A stretch of DNA of 64,000 nucleotides, taken from the sequence record OP595145.1; one strand, 5' to 3'. The translations under genes and the position numbers were made by a program. Shown here one piece after another: positions 45,860 to 56,788 of the stretch. The DNA comes from Escherichia phage vB_EcoM_DE16. The notes under the pieces are model-generated. The model made no database searches. It was not told the origin of the DNA and saw only the letters and a program-made list of their open reading frames with translations. The stretch's first letter is position 1; each line of letters starts with the position of its first letter.

Positions 45860-46486
45860 ATGGGAATCCCTTTTGACTTAAAACTTGGACCAAACAACGA
45901 CCTCATCATGGATGATGGGGATTTGGTCCTCACTACAACCAGAACAGAAATTGCAGCACAAACTCTTGGGATAACTCTGAACACGTATCGTGGGGAGTGG
46001 TTTTTAAATACTAACTTCGGTGTTCCTTACTTACAAGAGATTATTGGTGTTGCTAGAAAGAAAGATATTGTAGACAGAATATTTTTAGCAGAGATTGCCA
46101 AAAACGTTTACATAGATACAATAAACAGTTATAAATCTGCTTATGACATGGACCAACGTTATTATTCAATGACAGTTATGGTCACAGTTGGAGCAGATAC
46201 AGTAACATCTATATTCAATACTCAACCTTCTGAAGAGTTTATTTACCCTGAAGCTGGTGAAGACAATGCAGCGATCATTTGTGAAGCTTACAGTATTGTT
46301 GAGAATTCGAATAGACTTTATCGCTTTATCAACTTTGTTGGTTTGCCACGTGATACCTACTCTACTTGGTGGAATGAATGGTCTACAGAGTCAGCAGTGG
46401 AAAGAATCATGGTTAACGAAAAAGGTGATGCATTAGCTACAAACAATAATTTCGGTATAACAGCTATGACAGGAGTAGAAGAGTAA
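45860..46486 (+). CDS. baseplate wedge protein (W/gp25-like)
   Basis: N-terminal GIPFDL...DGDL...GEW...FG pattern resembling GPW/gp25-type baseplate proteins. Confidence 0.45.
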   Translation: MGIPFDLKLGPNNDLIMDDGDLVLTTTRTEIAAQTLGITLNTYRGEWFLNTNFGVPYLQEIIGVARKKDIVDRIFLAEIAKNVYIDTINSYKSAYDMDQRYYSMTVMVTVGADTVTSIFNTQPSEEFIYPEAGEDNAAIICEAYSIVENSNRLYRFINFVGLPRDTYSTWWNEWSTESAVERIMVNEKGDALATNNNFGITAMTGVEE

Positions 46487-46959
46487 TGGCAGATTTAACT
46501 ACGATCAAAATTTCTGATCTTACACAAACAACCTCTGTGTCTGATACAGATTTCTTTGTAACAGATCAGGCTGGAATAACAAAGAAAACTTCTTTGAAAG
46601 TGCTGTTGAGTGGTGCAGGGGTAACTAGAAACCGTCTGAATGCACGGGGAACAGTAACTAGCACCTTGGCATTAGATATTAGTTCGGCAGAATATTTTTC
46701 AGCAACTTTATCTTCTGCAACGTGCACAATTAGTTTTACTAATATTCCAGTAGCAACAAATGCAGTTTTAAACTTTACTTTAGCTTTGCGTCAAGGAAGT
46801 GGTGCAAATAAAGTCGTATGGCCTTCTTCTGTAAAATGGAGTTTTGGTCGTTCCCCAGTTTTGAGTTATCGTCAAGGTGCAACAGACACTTTTGAGTTTA
46901 TCAGTTATGATAATGGTGCAACTTGGACAGGTAGCTTAGTTTTAGCAGGAGTTATTTAA
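46486..46959 (+). CDS. small fibre-like structural protein (157 aa)
   Basis: N-terminus MADLTTIKISDLT...TDFFVTDQ shares a motif with the N-terminus of 52006..53946. Confidence 0.4.
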   Translation: MADLTTIKISDLTQTTSVSDTDFFVTDQAGITKKTSLKVLLSGAGVTRNRLNARGTVTSTLALDISSAEYFSATLSSATCTISFTNIPVATNAVLNFTLALRQGSGANKVVWPSSVKWSFGRSPVLSYRQGATDTFEFISYDNGATWTGSLVLAGVI

Positions 46960-49835
46960 TGTCAAGAGTTAAGCACAATATTGACAACACGTTTCAGTTG
47001 ATTGAAGGGTTGGTTCAGTTTTTGGAAAGAAATACTGGGCTTACCATAGATCCTACGGTTCAGCATTACATTATCAACCCACAAAACGTATTGGCGAACA
47101 ACAGACACTTTATTAACTGGACAGCGCAGGAAGGGCAACCAAACGGTGACGCTACTACCGAAGGTCAATCTGTGCTTATCACTGGTTTTGCCTATGCATA
47201 TTTGGCTACAGGGGATAAAAAATATCTTGAATCTGCCGAGAAGTACTGGCAAGCCTATATAGATCACTTCTTCGGGGGCCAACCTATTCCTGATCCTCCG
47301 GCTAAGTATCGTCCCAACTGGATCATCAATGGTAAAGAACCACGTTTAGCACATTACCCTCTCACAGATGATGGGTATCCTACGCACGGTGGGTTCAAAG
47401 GTAGCATGATGACTTGGATTAACGGAAGGACTGTTATTCCTAAAGGTGCACCGCATTGGGGGGAATACTTAGATAAAGCTTGGTTTGCTTTCAATGGCAA
47501 TCTTGGTTGGAACTCCGTTAACGCAACAGTTTATGCAACTAACCCAGATGGTTCAACTAACTGGAAAGAATATGGAGATCAGTGGGACGTTGAATGGATT
47601 ATAGATCGTCTAGGACGTAAAGTTGATTGGGATGGTAACATTTTATCTACAGGTCACAGCTTCGCAGAATATGGAACAGTGCAACTTAAAAATGCTTCTG
47701 TGAACGGTGATTATAAATTCAACTACGCTACATGCAACCCTGTAGAACACGGTGGATATCTGCTTAAGCGTAATGAGATGTGGCATAACCGTCCTGTAAA
47801 CGTTCCGGTAGAGTTAGGTTATCAAGATAATGCTTCCGATGCTGAAACGTGGTGGTGTGATGCAAACTACTTGATGTATCAGATCACAGGAGAGAGAAAA
47901 TACTGGCTTTGCTGGCAATCTTCTTTATTGTTGTGTCAAGACTACTCAAACATCGATATGTTTGATAAATTCTTCCGTAGATCTACGACAGCAATAATTC
48001 CTTTTACAGATGGTATCTCGTATGATTACTCATACCCATCTACAGCAATACCTAAATATTCTCGTGATGAATTAGGATACACAGTAATTCGCCAAGATGT
48101 TTCAGCACAAACAACTCTAGAACAACAGGCAGTTTGGTTCAGAGTGGATCAGAATTCAAAACTGCGTATTGAGTTTCAAGGTGTAGATGATGCAGGGGAA
48201 GGTGTTCTTTTCCGTCCAGAGCTAGAATTAAGCAAAACTAAGAGTGAAACAGACACAGTGACATATCGTTGTGGCTTACCTCTTGGTGCAGCTAATATGA
48301 CTAAGATGGATATACCTTTATCCAGTTTTATGCGCACCGAACCTCCTGGAGGTGGTGTATATATTATTGCTGAACCCAGAATTATTGTTGACTGGGGAAG
48401 CAATACTGTGATACAATATAAATATGCAACTGGTATTGCTGGGACAAATAGTGATCAGATAGTTTCTGCTAATATGGATTCAGATGGTGGTTTTACTGTT
48501 GGGTTTTGGTTAACACCAACTAAAACAGCCAATTTAAAATCTATTACATATCGTTCATACGCAGATGATTTTAACATCACTATTACGGATTCCGCAGGTT
48601 GGAGATGGTGGGCCATGTTAGAAAAAACAAATTCTGCATGGGTTACTAAAGCTTTAAGTCCTGCTGATTTCAAATTAAGCACTTGGCAACCCAATCATAA
48701 CGACACAGAGACAAAACCTTCGTCAATAAACCTGACTGCTGTTGATCAGATCAACATTGCATTGGATTCTGAACCTGCAAATGGCTTGACAGGGGCAATC
48801 GATTTTTATTGTGTTAACGATATCCCATCTTTGTATTCTTCAGCCGCTGGTGATGATTACACAATGTATTTCAGGGTTACAGTTTCATCTGAAAATCCTT
48901 ATACAGCAAAACTTGGAGATTGTACAATACTGGACTATAAACTTGACAGTTTGAATTATACTCCAGGAATCATTCCATTTTCCAATATTAGTGATCCTAA
49001 CACAGCATTATATGACGGTTGGCGTGGTATTCCTTACCCAGGCTATCAATACCCATCCTTATATTGTTTTAAAGGGAGAGATATTGACTGGGTTCGTATG
49101 AACAACAGTATAGACTTTTTATATGATTCACAAATGTGGTTTTATAATAAGTTTGCCCCTGTGATGCCTGGGCCAATGGCACAAGCTTATGTTTGGGATC
49201 GTTGGGATGCTCATAAATACGGAAACAAGAATGAGTTCACAATGTATCATTGGAACGATAAAGCTTGGGATGGTTATGAAGCACGAGCATTCTTCTGTGC
49301 GTGTCATACAGTATACGAACTGAAGCAACGAGGAGCAGAAGTTCCTGCAAAACTTTTAACAGTTTGTAAAAACTGGATCAATTATCTGAAGTGGTTCCAA
49401 GATAACAACGAAGGAAGAACACCAACAATATTTTATCCCAACGGAGAAGTGGCTGCGCCTGTAGATGACTTTACAAGTCACATGTCTGCGCTCTTTATGG
49501 CGGGATGTGCTATAATGGGGATGGCTGGATATGATTCAGAAATTCCTAACATTAAAATAGTAGCAGATCGCTGTTTTGAACTTATTCAGGAAAATTATAT
49601 TGTTCTTGGTCCTAATCACGTTATGAATGGTTGTTGGAGTGCTGCCCCTAGACCAGACAGTGATAACGGAGTCTTCTTTGGCTTCCACGCCGGAGAGTTG
49701 TTACGTGGTTTTGGGTTGTATGCCTTATACAAAAAACTTAATCCCCAAAATGCATTACCTGTTTTGGATTCGAGCAATATTCCTGCACTTACTGTTTTGA
49801 CAATGGCAAACATTAGTGTGGACGTTACCGAGTAA
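46959..49835 (+). CDS. large baseplate/tail structural protein (958 aa)
   Basis: long ORF in baseplate-fibre block. Confidence 0.5.
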   Translation: MSRVKHNIDNTFQLIEGLVQFLERNTGLTIDPTVQHYIINPQNVLANNRHFINWTAQEGQPNGDATTEGQSVLITGFAYAYLATGDKKYLESAEKYWQAYIDHFFGGQPIPDPPAKYRPNWIINGKEPRLAHYPLTDDGYPTHGGFKGSMMTWINGRTVIPKGAPHWGEYLDKAWFAFNGNLGWNSVNATVYATNPDGSTNWKEYGDQWDVEWIIDRLGRKVDWDGNILSTGHSFAEYGTVQLKNASVNGDYKFNYATCNPVEHGGYLLKRNEMWHNRPVNVPVELGYQDNASDAETWWCDANYLMYQITGERKYWLCWQSSLLLCQDYSNIDMFDKFFRRSTTAIIPFTDGISYDYSYPSTAIPKYSRDELGYTVIRQDVSAQTTLEQQAVWFRVDQNSKLRIEFQGVDDAGEGVLFRPELELSKTKSETDTVTYRCGLPLGAANMTKMDIPLSSFMRTEPPGGGVYIIAEPRIIVDWGSNTVIQYKYATGIAGTNSDQIVSANMDSDGGFTVGFWLTPTKTANLKSITYRSYADDFNITITDSAGWRWWAMLEKTNSAWVTKALSPADFKLSTWQPNHNDTETKPSSINLTAVDQINIALDSEPANGLTGAIDFYCVNDIPSLYSSAAGDDYTMYFRVTVSSENPYTAKLGDCTILDYKLDSLNYTPGIIPFSNISDPNTALYDGWRGIPYPGYQYPSLYCFKGRDIDWVRMNNSIDFLYDSQMWFYNKFAPVMPGPMAQAYVWDRWDAHKYGNKNEFTMYHWNDKAWDGYEARAFFCACHTVYELKQRGAEVPAKLLTVCKNWINYLKWFQDNNEGRTPTIFYPNGEVAAPVDDFTSHMSALFMAGCAIMGMAGYDSEIPNIKIVADRCFELIQENYIVLGPNHVMNGCWSAAPRPDSDNGVFFGFHAGELLRGFGLYALYKKLNPQNALPVLDSSNIPALTVLTMANISVDVTE

Positions 49836-49843
49836 GGGGTAAA

Positions 49844-51997
49844 ATGAAACAAGCTATATTTACTGTCACGCGAGACAAGAGAGTAAATGCGAGTTCATTT
49901 AACTACACGACTGTTGATGGAACAGCAGTCGCTGGTAGAGATTATATTGCAAAATCGGGAACACTTGTGTTCCCTGATGATGCTGATTCTGCTACTATTG
50001 TGGTTGAAGTATTTGAACGACCAAAGAACTCAATAGATCTTAACTTCTCCCTCCAAGTTTCAGGGATTAGTCAAAATAATATGATGGTTGAAACAACCAT
50101 CAATTGTATTATAACTACTATCCAAGAAAATACCACTCCAATAACTTGGACTACAAAAGACGTTAAAATGTTCTCTCCTATGTATTGGACAATAGATTCT
50201 CAAGCAACGGAAAGTTGTTCTATTGTATCTCATGGAGACTCTTTTACTGCAAGATTTGTAAACAGAACAACAGCAGGTTTGGCAGGGGTTATCTGGAGCA
50301 CAGTTGACAAATATGACCATAAAGGTGTTGGGTATTTACCCCACACAGATTTAAGTTCAGAGAAACTTTGGTTTAAAATGGAAATTAGTCAAAACATGCC
50401 AGGTTTTAAAGAAGAACCTTTGGTGCCGACTTTGACTGTAACTCTCCTGGATAAAAGTGTTCATTATGTCAGTTTAGGATTCTATGCTTCAGATATTTCA
50501 GAAGATGGTAAAACAGCCACAATCAAGCTAGATTTTGGTAATATCTTTTCTGGCCCTAATAATGATATTCCTTTGGATATGAGTGCCGTAGACAATATTT
50601 TCTTCTCTTTGATTACAGCAAGGTATGAAGAAATAGAGGAGATTGTACCTATTGACAGTCAAGAGGCTTGGTTTACTTTCACTCTTCTTGAACCTACTTC
50701 TGGTTATAGTATGATGAAAGTCAGCAACCTTGTCCAGCCTGAACATGATATTCGCATGTGCACATCTTATGATGATATGTATAACCTGACTCCAGAGAGA
50801 GTTATTTATAATACATATGCACTAGGTTATCGTGGAATGATTAACCATTACAACGGAATGTCTCACTATTATGAGTTCTCATGGAACGGAACATCTTGGG
50901 CTTTAAATAGATCTGTTTTCCTGAATCCGGCTACAGAAGCTTGGCTTAACAGTTTCCATTCTATAGCTAATGAAAATGGCTACACAATAATGAACTCTTT
51001 GAGTTTTGAGTTGATGAGCACAGTTTGTCCTGTAGAATGGGTTCAACATGATTGGAACGATGCTCTTGCAGCAACAGGTTATAAGCCGCCTAGCTATGTG
51101 TTATCTCCAACAATTGATGAAGGTATGGAATATTTGCAAAATGTTATTAACAAAATAGCATCTATTTCTCAAGCTAACAATATTCCAATCGTTATTCAAA
51201 TTGGTGAACCTTGGTGGTGGTATAATACAGCAAGTAAAATGCCTTGTATATATGATTACACTACCAAACTGGCATTCAATACTGAAACAGGCTTATTTGC
51301 ACAAGATGCAGGAACTATAGATAATTATAAAACAGGAACACCATTTGACGAATACTATGCATTTTTGTCTCGTAAACTAGGGTTAAGAGTTACAAAGTTT
51401 GCAACAGACACCAGAGCAACTTATCCAGGAGCTAAAGTAACATTGCTTCCGTTCTTACCATCAATTATCGGCAACGGTTTGATGGAGAAAGTTAACTTTC
51501 CGTCTGATTACTACATTCCTGAAGCTTTTGATTTTTATTGTTCAGAGTGTTACGACTGGCTTCTGGAAGGTAAAATGATGAAAGCATTTGATGCAATTAC
51601 CATACCACATGAAAAATTAGGTTTTGAATATTCTGATATTCACTATCTTGCAGGTTTTGTTCCAGATGCTACTCTTGCACCTTTGTATGGCTTTGATCCT
51701 GAATCAAACTACCGCACGTATCTTTGGAAAATGATTATAGGTAATATAGTGTTGAACGCCAATAAGTTCAATGGACTTACACAATATATATGGGCCTATC
51801 CTCAAATAATGCACGATTCTATCACGGTAGTTAATTCTCAATCCCAAGTTTTCTATATGGGTAACGTGCCTTTGAACGCTTATTTACAGGATATCACTCT
51901 TAAACAGGTAAATGTTGAGATTGCCACCATAAGTGGAATTACATTAGCCACTAAATCTGGAGAAGATTTAGTAACAACACAAAAATTTTATATATAG
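49844..51997 (+). CDS. large tail structural protein (717 aa)
   Basis: long ORF in baseplate-fibre block. Confidence 0.5.
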   Translation: MKQAIFTVTRDKRVNASSFNYTTVDGTAVAGRDYIAKSGTLVFPDDADSATIVVEVFERPKNSIDLNFSLQVSGISQNNMMVETTINCIITTIQENTTPITWTTKDVKMFSPMYWTIDSQATESCSIVSHGDSFTARFVNRTTAGLAGVIWSTVDKYDHKGVGYLPHTDLSSEKLWFKMEISQNMPGFKEEPLVPTLTVTLLDKSVHYVSLGFYASDISEDGKTATIKLDFGNIFSGPNNDIPLDMSAVDNIFFSLITARYEEIEEIVPIDSQEAWFTFTLLEPTSGYSMMKVSNLVQPEHDIRMCTSYDDMYNLTPERVIYNTYALGYRGMINHYNGMSHYYEFSWNGTSWALNRSVFLNPATEAWLNSFHSIANENGYTIMNSLSFELMSTVCPVEWVQHDWNDALAATGYKPPSYVLSPTIDEGMEYLQNVINKIASISQANNIPIVIQIGEPWWWYNTASKMPCIYDYTTKLAFNTETGLFAQDAGTIDNYKTGTPFDEYYAFLSRKLGLRVTKFATDTRATYPGAKVTLLPFLPSIIGNGLMEKVNFPSDYYIPEAFDFYCSECYDWLLEGKMMKAFDAITIPHEKLGFEYSDIHYLAGFVPDATLAPLYGFDPESNYRTYLWKMIIGNIVLNANKFNGLTQYIWAYPQIMHDSITVVNSQSQVFYMGNVPLNAYLQDITLKQVNVEIATISGITLATKSGEDLVTTQKFYI

Positions 51998-52005
51998 GAG
52001 TAAAA

Positions 52006-53946
52006 ATGTCAACTACAATTACTAATTTACCCGAAACATCAAAAGTTAATGATTCTGATTACCTGGTTTTAGACCAACCTGATAAGACTGTTAAAAGCAC
52101 AGTTTCCAACTTTCTTACTGACACTGGGGTGGTTTTAGCCACCCAGTTGAAAGATACAGATGGAGCAGATTTAATACAATCCTCAAATGGTAATACTGTT
52201 CAGGAAGAGTTGAATAACAATCTTCTTAATGATCGTGAACAGTGGCGTCGTAGTCTTGCTGAGGCTGGCTTAACGCTTGTTGATGGTAGTTTTGAAGACG
52301 GTGCTACAGCAAATAGTAAAACTGATGCCGTTTGGTATAGGACAGGAGGTCAGTGTTATGTGTGGGATGGTGTCGGGGTTAAAAATGTACCTGCTAAATC
52401 AACTCCAACATCAACTGGCGGGGAAGGGGTTGATAAGTGGCTTAATGTTAGTAATGTTACACTTAGGAGTGGGATAGTAGCCTCTATAAATCCAGTAGAT
52501 AATCTAAGCGCACTTAAATCGTCCCTTGCATCAAAGAAGATAACCACATTAACTGAGGCTGTAACCACTACGGATGTAATTATTGTTCCTTCCTACAGTG
52601 AGTTAAGAGGCATTGGTCATAATATAGGAATCATTGCACAACAACCGAAGCCGCAAAAAGTAATATCAAAATCTGGAAATAAAAAATATGATTTTGTTAA
52701 TACAAATAAACCACTTCAGTCGAGAGATGCAATATTAGCTATAGATCCTGCGTGGATTGACGGAGTATACCCCCAACATACAATAATCGATGGGGTATCC
52801 TTACTTGGTGATCCATCCAGTAAAAATGATGTCGGGCTATTTATTTTTCAGGGTGGAAATTTCACCATCAGGAACATGCAGATAGCGAACTGCCTAGACG
52901 GGATTCTTAGCAGTGGCTGCTGGATTAGTCGCTTTGAGAACGTGAGTGCGCTTGGTGGCAGTCTGGCTTTTAATGGTGGCACAAGCCATGTATTAATTGG
53001 GTGCGCTGCCTGGGCTACCGCTGAGAATGACGGAGCATTTTATTTTAATGACGTAACATACAGCAGCATGGTTGGATGCACATCTGACCACTCGGAAGCT
53101 CCAGCTAACTTCTTCAGAGATGGCGTGCAGATGACCATGGTTAACTGCGGAAGCGAGTTCGCTACCTCACCGGGAGGTGGTGTTGGTAGCATGATTGCGT
53201 CAGCAGGTGCGGGCAATAAAATCACGGTACTTGGATATAAAGGGGTTCCAAAGGCTGGGCAGACTGACCCGCTAATTAGTATTTCAGAAAACAGTACGAT
53301 GCACATTATCAATTGGTACAGCAATGAGCCAGACTATCCGAATAGTTTAGACGTCAGTGTAAATGGTGACGGAAGCACTATTATTGTTGAAGATAGTATA
53401 TTCTCTGGAGGCCGAACCCTGCCGGTTGTACAGTTCAGGGGCAACCAACCGAACAGTAAAGTTATTGTTAAGAGCGGCGGTAATGAATATGTATATACCT
53501 CACCTCTGGGGGGTGGTATTGTAAGTTCACCAGAACGTAAGTACAGAGGTACAACGTATACACCGAAGCTACTGGTTAATGGCGCGAATGTTGCCGAGCT
53601 AACATATTCCACTGCTATAGGTAGTGCAGTAAAGAATGGTAATCAACTAACAGTAAACTTTAATTTAGTTATATCAGCCGCTCCTTCATCCCCATCTCAG
53701 GGTACTATTACACTGGATTTACTTTCTACTGAGACGGGGTACGTTCCTGAATATGAATCGTGTGGTGTGCTAGTAGTTTCTAATGGTGTGGGTTTCAGTG
53801 GGGTGGCATGCGTAGTGTCGCCCAATGAGACTATGGTTTATTTAAAAAGCAGTGATGGGGTAAATATGCAACTACAGCATATAAAGGCAGGAACGCAAAT
53901 CAGAGGAGCGGTGACATTTAAAGTAAAAAGATCTGGTTGGTCATGA
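52006..53946 (+). CDS. tail fibre/tailspike protein
   Basis: 646 aa; N-terminal fibre-type motif; WDGVGVKNVPAKSTPTSTGG motif shared with 61860..63884; Gly/Ser/Asn-rich beta-helix-like repeats. Confidence 0.5.
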   Translation: MSTTITNLPETSKVNDSDYLVLDQPDKTVKSTVSNFLTDTGVVLATQLKDTDGADLIQSSNGNTVQEELNNNLLNDREQWRRSLAEAGLTLVDGSFEDGATANSKTDAVWYRTGGQCYVWDGVGVKNVPAKSTPTSTGGEGVDKWLNVSNVTLRSGIVASINPVDNLSALKSSLASKKITTLTEAVTTTDVIIVPSYSELRGIGHNIGIIAQQPKPQKVISKSGNKKYDFVNTNKPLQSRDAILAIDPAWIDGVYPQHTIIDGVSLLGDPSSKNDVGLFIFQGGNFTIRNMQIANCLDGILSSGCWISRFENVSALGGSLAFNGGTSHVLIGCAAWATAENDGAFYFNDVTYSSMVGCTSDHSEAPANFFRDGVQMTMVNCGSEFATSPGGGVGSMIASAGAGNKITVLGYKGVPKAGQTDPLISISENSTMHIINWYSNEPDYPNSLDVSVNGDGSTIIVEDSIFSGGRTLPVVQFRGNQPNSKVIVKSGGNEYVYTSPLGGGIVSSPERKYRGTTYTPKLLVNGANVAELTYSTAIGSAVKNGNQLTVNFNLVISAAPSSPSQGTITLDLLSTETGYVPEYESCGVLVVSNGVGFSGVACVVSPNETMVYLKSSDGVNMQLQHIKAGTQIRGAVTFKVKRSGWS

Positions 53947-54112
53947 TTATATGCTAACAGGATGCTGAAGATATGGGAGTGAGTTTTCCCTTTCTTAATC
54001 TGAACTGTATATGGCATCAGTGGCGTGGATGCCCATGGATGGCACCACGCTAACTGGTGTTAATAATCTTGATTTGACTTTCTACTATTAATAGAAAAAC
54101 AAAGAGGTTTAT

Positions 54113-54421
54113 ATGAACGAAATGTTCTCACAAGGTGGTAAAGGTTCAACCGGAATCTTAACCAATAAACAAGCAGTAGCCCGTCACTTTGGAGTTAAAC
54201 AATCTGAGGTTGTTTACTTCTCAGTTGGTGTGGATTTGGGTGGGTATAAGGTTATCTATGATAAGGAGACGCAAAGGGCGTATTCCCTACCTGCTGATAT
54301 TGCCCCAGGTACTACTGCCATTAGTCTTAGTGCTGCTGTACTTGTGCATTCAGCGGGTTCTGTAGACCTTGGGGAATTAGCTGTATCTTGTGATTTAAAA
54401 AGTAATGAGAACGCACCATGA
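54113..54421 (+). CDS. stand-alone fibre-domain protein (102 aa) homologous to an internal segment of 58745..61798
   Basis: QAVARHFGVKQSEVVYFSVG...YSLPADIAPGTT...SAGSVDLGELAVS aligns with QTIARKYGLLDDEVAYATAG...YTLPPNITGTLT...SGGSVDLSALAVE in the 1017-aa protein. Confidence 0.45.
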   Translation: MNEMFSQGGKGSTGILTNKQAVARHFGVKQSEVVYFSVGVDLGGYKVIYDKETQRAYSLPADIAPGTTAISLSAAVLVHSAGSVDLGELAVSCDLKSNENAP

Positions 54422-54660
54422 GAAAGTTTTTAATCGGAATGTTTTGTACTTATCCAAACAACAAAATCAGTTCTACTAAAGTGTGGAACGCACTGGGAAT
54501 GCTAACCATGACAGGCATGTTTATCTTTTTAGGAATAGAAAAAGAAATTCCTGAATGGATGGGTTGGGCTTTTGTTTTCATGATAACCCCTTCTCGCCTC
54601 ATGAAAAATCTTATTGATTTACGTTGGGGCAGATCACAATCTACCAAAGAGGATGACTAA
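54418..54660 (+). CDS. small two-TM membrane protein (holin-like)
   Basis: 80 aa with two hydrophobic segments and charged C-terminus. Confidence 0.35.
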   Translation: MRKFLIGMFCTYPNNKISSTKVWNALGMLTMTGMFIFLGIEKEIPEWMGWAFVFMITPSRLMKNLIDLRWGRSQSTKEDD

Positions 54661-56147
54661 TGGACGAATATGGTTTGACAGATGCGGGATTTGTAATCCC
54701 GACTTTTGACGATGTTCTAAACAATTATATGACAGCAGTAAAAAACACATTTGGTGCAGATGCAGCCACTTCGGAAGATACTGTGATCGGACAACTGTTT
54801 AGAATAATTGCATACACAGATTACACATTGTGGGAAGGTATGCAAGGTGTTTATAATACTCAAACACTGGATGGTGCAGAAGGTATTTATCTTGACGAAA
54901 TCTTTTCTAAGCGCGGTTTCTATCGAGCAGGGGCAGCAGCAAGTACAGGTTATGCCTATGTTAAGAGTAATAACAAAGCAGCTTGGACTTATGAGTTAGG
55001 CACGGATATTTACTTCAACTCTGATAGTGATATGAACTACTATGTTAGCACACCAACTATGTTGAATGCTAAGATTGCAGCTTATCAAATCTCTCGTGCT
55101 AATGCAACTGCTACAGGTGTTCCAAATATTACTTTTTATGCACAAAGTGCGGTGGATGGAGGACTAAACAGTAAAACACTTGCACCTGGTTCTTCTACAT
55201 TTATAACCGATCTTGAAACTTTTATCAAGGCGAATTTAACAGAAGCTGATCGTAGTCTTGTATTTTCTGATTCAGGTAACTTATCAATTGGTTTTACTTC
55301 TTTAACCAGTGATACTCCAGTGGGGCTGGTAACTCCTATTAAATTTTATGCTAGTGTTCCGGTTGGAACCAAGTGGAGTGAGATTCCGGTAGTTGCAGCA
55401 GAGAAAGGATACAATCCTGTTGGTGTGGAGTCTATTACAGGGATATCTTCTACCTTTACAGGTTATCTTGATAGTGGTAACTTCTATTCATTTTCCCCTG
55501 GTCGAGATGTTGAGACAGACGCAGAATTCCGCTCTCGTTTCAATGACAACGTTGACGAAGCTAACGCAGGGACACGAGCAGCTATTGTGAAAGCTCTGCT
55601 ACTTACAGATGGTGTTACTAAGGTGAAGATTTATGATAACCCTACATTACATGATCAAGAACATGCTCCAGCTATGACTTTCCAGACTATAGTTTATGGT
55701 GGCAGTGCAGAAGAAATTGCAAATGTTATCTATAAAACCAAACCAATCAACACTTTGACACACGGAACAACTAACATAACAGTTACAACAGAAGATGGAG
55801 GACAAGAAATTATCCGCTTCTCTCCTGGTACTTCTGCTATGTATTCCGTAAAACTTGTTTATCAAACTGTCAACGGAACAACTTTAAGTGGAACAGAAAA
55901 ACAAAACATCGTAGAAGCTTTACAAAACCTGCAAGCTTACTTTGAGTTAGGTTCTTCAGTAACGAACGATCAAATCAAAGGTGTTATTTATGCAGCACTT
56001 GCTTTTGGACGCTTGACTTCTCTTCGTGTTTATGTTAAACTTAATACTGAGGATGACAGTAAATATACAGAGAATAATATAGTTCCTGCTTATAATGTTG
56101 TCCCTTCTTTTGACCTTGATAACATTTCTTACGAGTATGGAGTGTAA
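54660..56147 (+). CDS. baseplate wedge/fibre-associated structural protein (495 aa)
   Basis: long ORF between fibre genes; start overlaps previous stop. Confidence 0.4.
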   Translation: MDEYGLTDAGFVIPTFDDVLNNYMTAVKNTFGADAATSEDTVIGQLFRIIAYTDYTLWEGMQGVYNTQTLDGAEGIYLDEIFSKRGFYRAGAAASTGYAYVKSNNKAAWTYELGTDIYFNSDSDMNYYVSTPTMLNAKIAAYQISRANATATGVPNITFYAQSAVDGGLNSKTLAPGSSTFITDLETFIKANLTEADRSLVFSDSGNLSIGFTSLTSDTPVGLVTPIKFYASVPVGTKWSEIPVVAAEKGYNPVGVESITGISSTFTGYLDSGNFYSFSPGRDVETDAEFRSRFNDNVDEANAGTRAAIVKALLLTDGVTKVKIYDNPTLHDQEHAPAMTFQTIVYGGSAEEIANVIYKTKPINTLTHGTTNITVTTEDGGQEIIRFSPGTSAMYSVKLVYQTVNGTTLSGTEKQNIVEALQNLQAYFELGSSVTNDQIKGVIYAALAFGRLTSLRVYVKLNTEDDSKYTENNIVPAYNVVPSFDLDNISYEYGV

Positions 56148-56149
56148 AA

Positions 56150-56779
56150 ATGGCAGTGAGTGTTGACCATGTAACAACTTGGGCCAGTATCAATGAAGAT
56201 GTTAAAAACCTTCTGATTGAAGATTTTAAATCTTCTCCTAACATTGTCAAGCTCCTCTACATCGTATCCAGTGAAAAGCAAAAGATAGATCAGGCAATGA
56301 TCTATCTTGCTAAACACCGCTTGATCTCTACAGCTACAGGCAAATACCTAGATATTCTAGGGGAAGAAATGGGGATCGAACGTAATGGCTCTGATGATGA
56401 AGAGTATAGAACAATATTAAAAATCAGGGCTTACCGCGTAGCCTCATCGGGGACTCGTGGTGACATAATTGATATCTTCGCCCGTTTCACAGGAACAGAG
56501 CGTGAAACGCTTAATACTTACGTAGGTTTGAATAAAACCTTTGATGTGTTTTTCTACAACCTGTGTCTTCAATCTGATCAAGCTTTAGAGCAGTTGCTAA
56601 GTGTTTTCCCTATTATTAGTAGCTACCGTCTTGGAGCAAAAGCAGGATCAGCTTTTGGTTTTAGTTCTTATTATGCTACCAAACCGCCTCATGGTATTGG
56701 TGGTTTAGGTTCCCTGTACATGGAATCTACTGGGGATGAAACAGGACGCATGTGTACGCTTCTCAAGCAAATAGATTAA
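56150..56779 (+). CDS. baseplate/tail fibre connector protein (209 aa)
   Basis: position. Confidence 0.4.
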   Translation: MAVSVDHVTTWASINEDVKNLLIEDFKSSPNIVKLLYIVSSEKQKIDQAMIYLAKHRLISTATGKYLDILGEEMGIERNGSDDEEYRTILKIRAYRVASSGTRGDIIDIFARFTGTERETLNTYVGLNKTFDVFFYNLCLQSDQALEQLLSVFPIISSYRLGAKAGSAFGFSSYYATKPPHGIGGLGSLYMESTGDETGRMCTLLKQID

Positions 56780-56788
56780 GGAGTTTAA

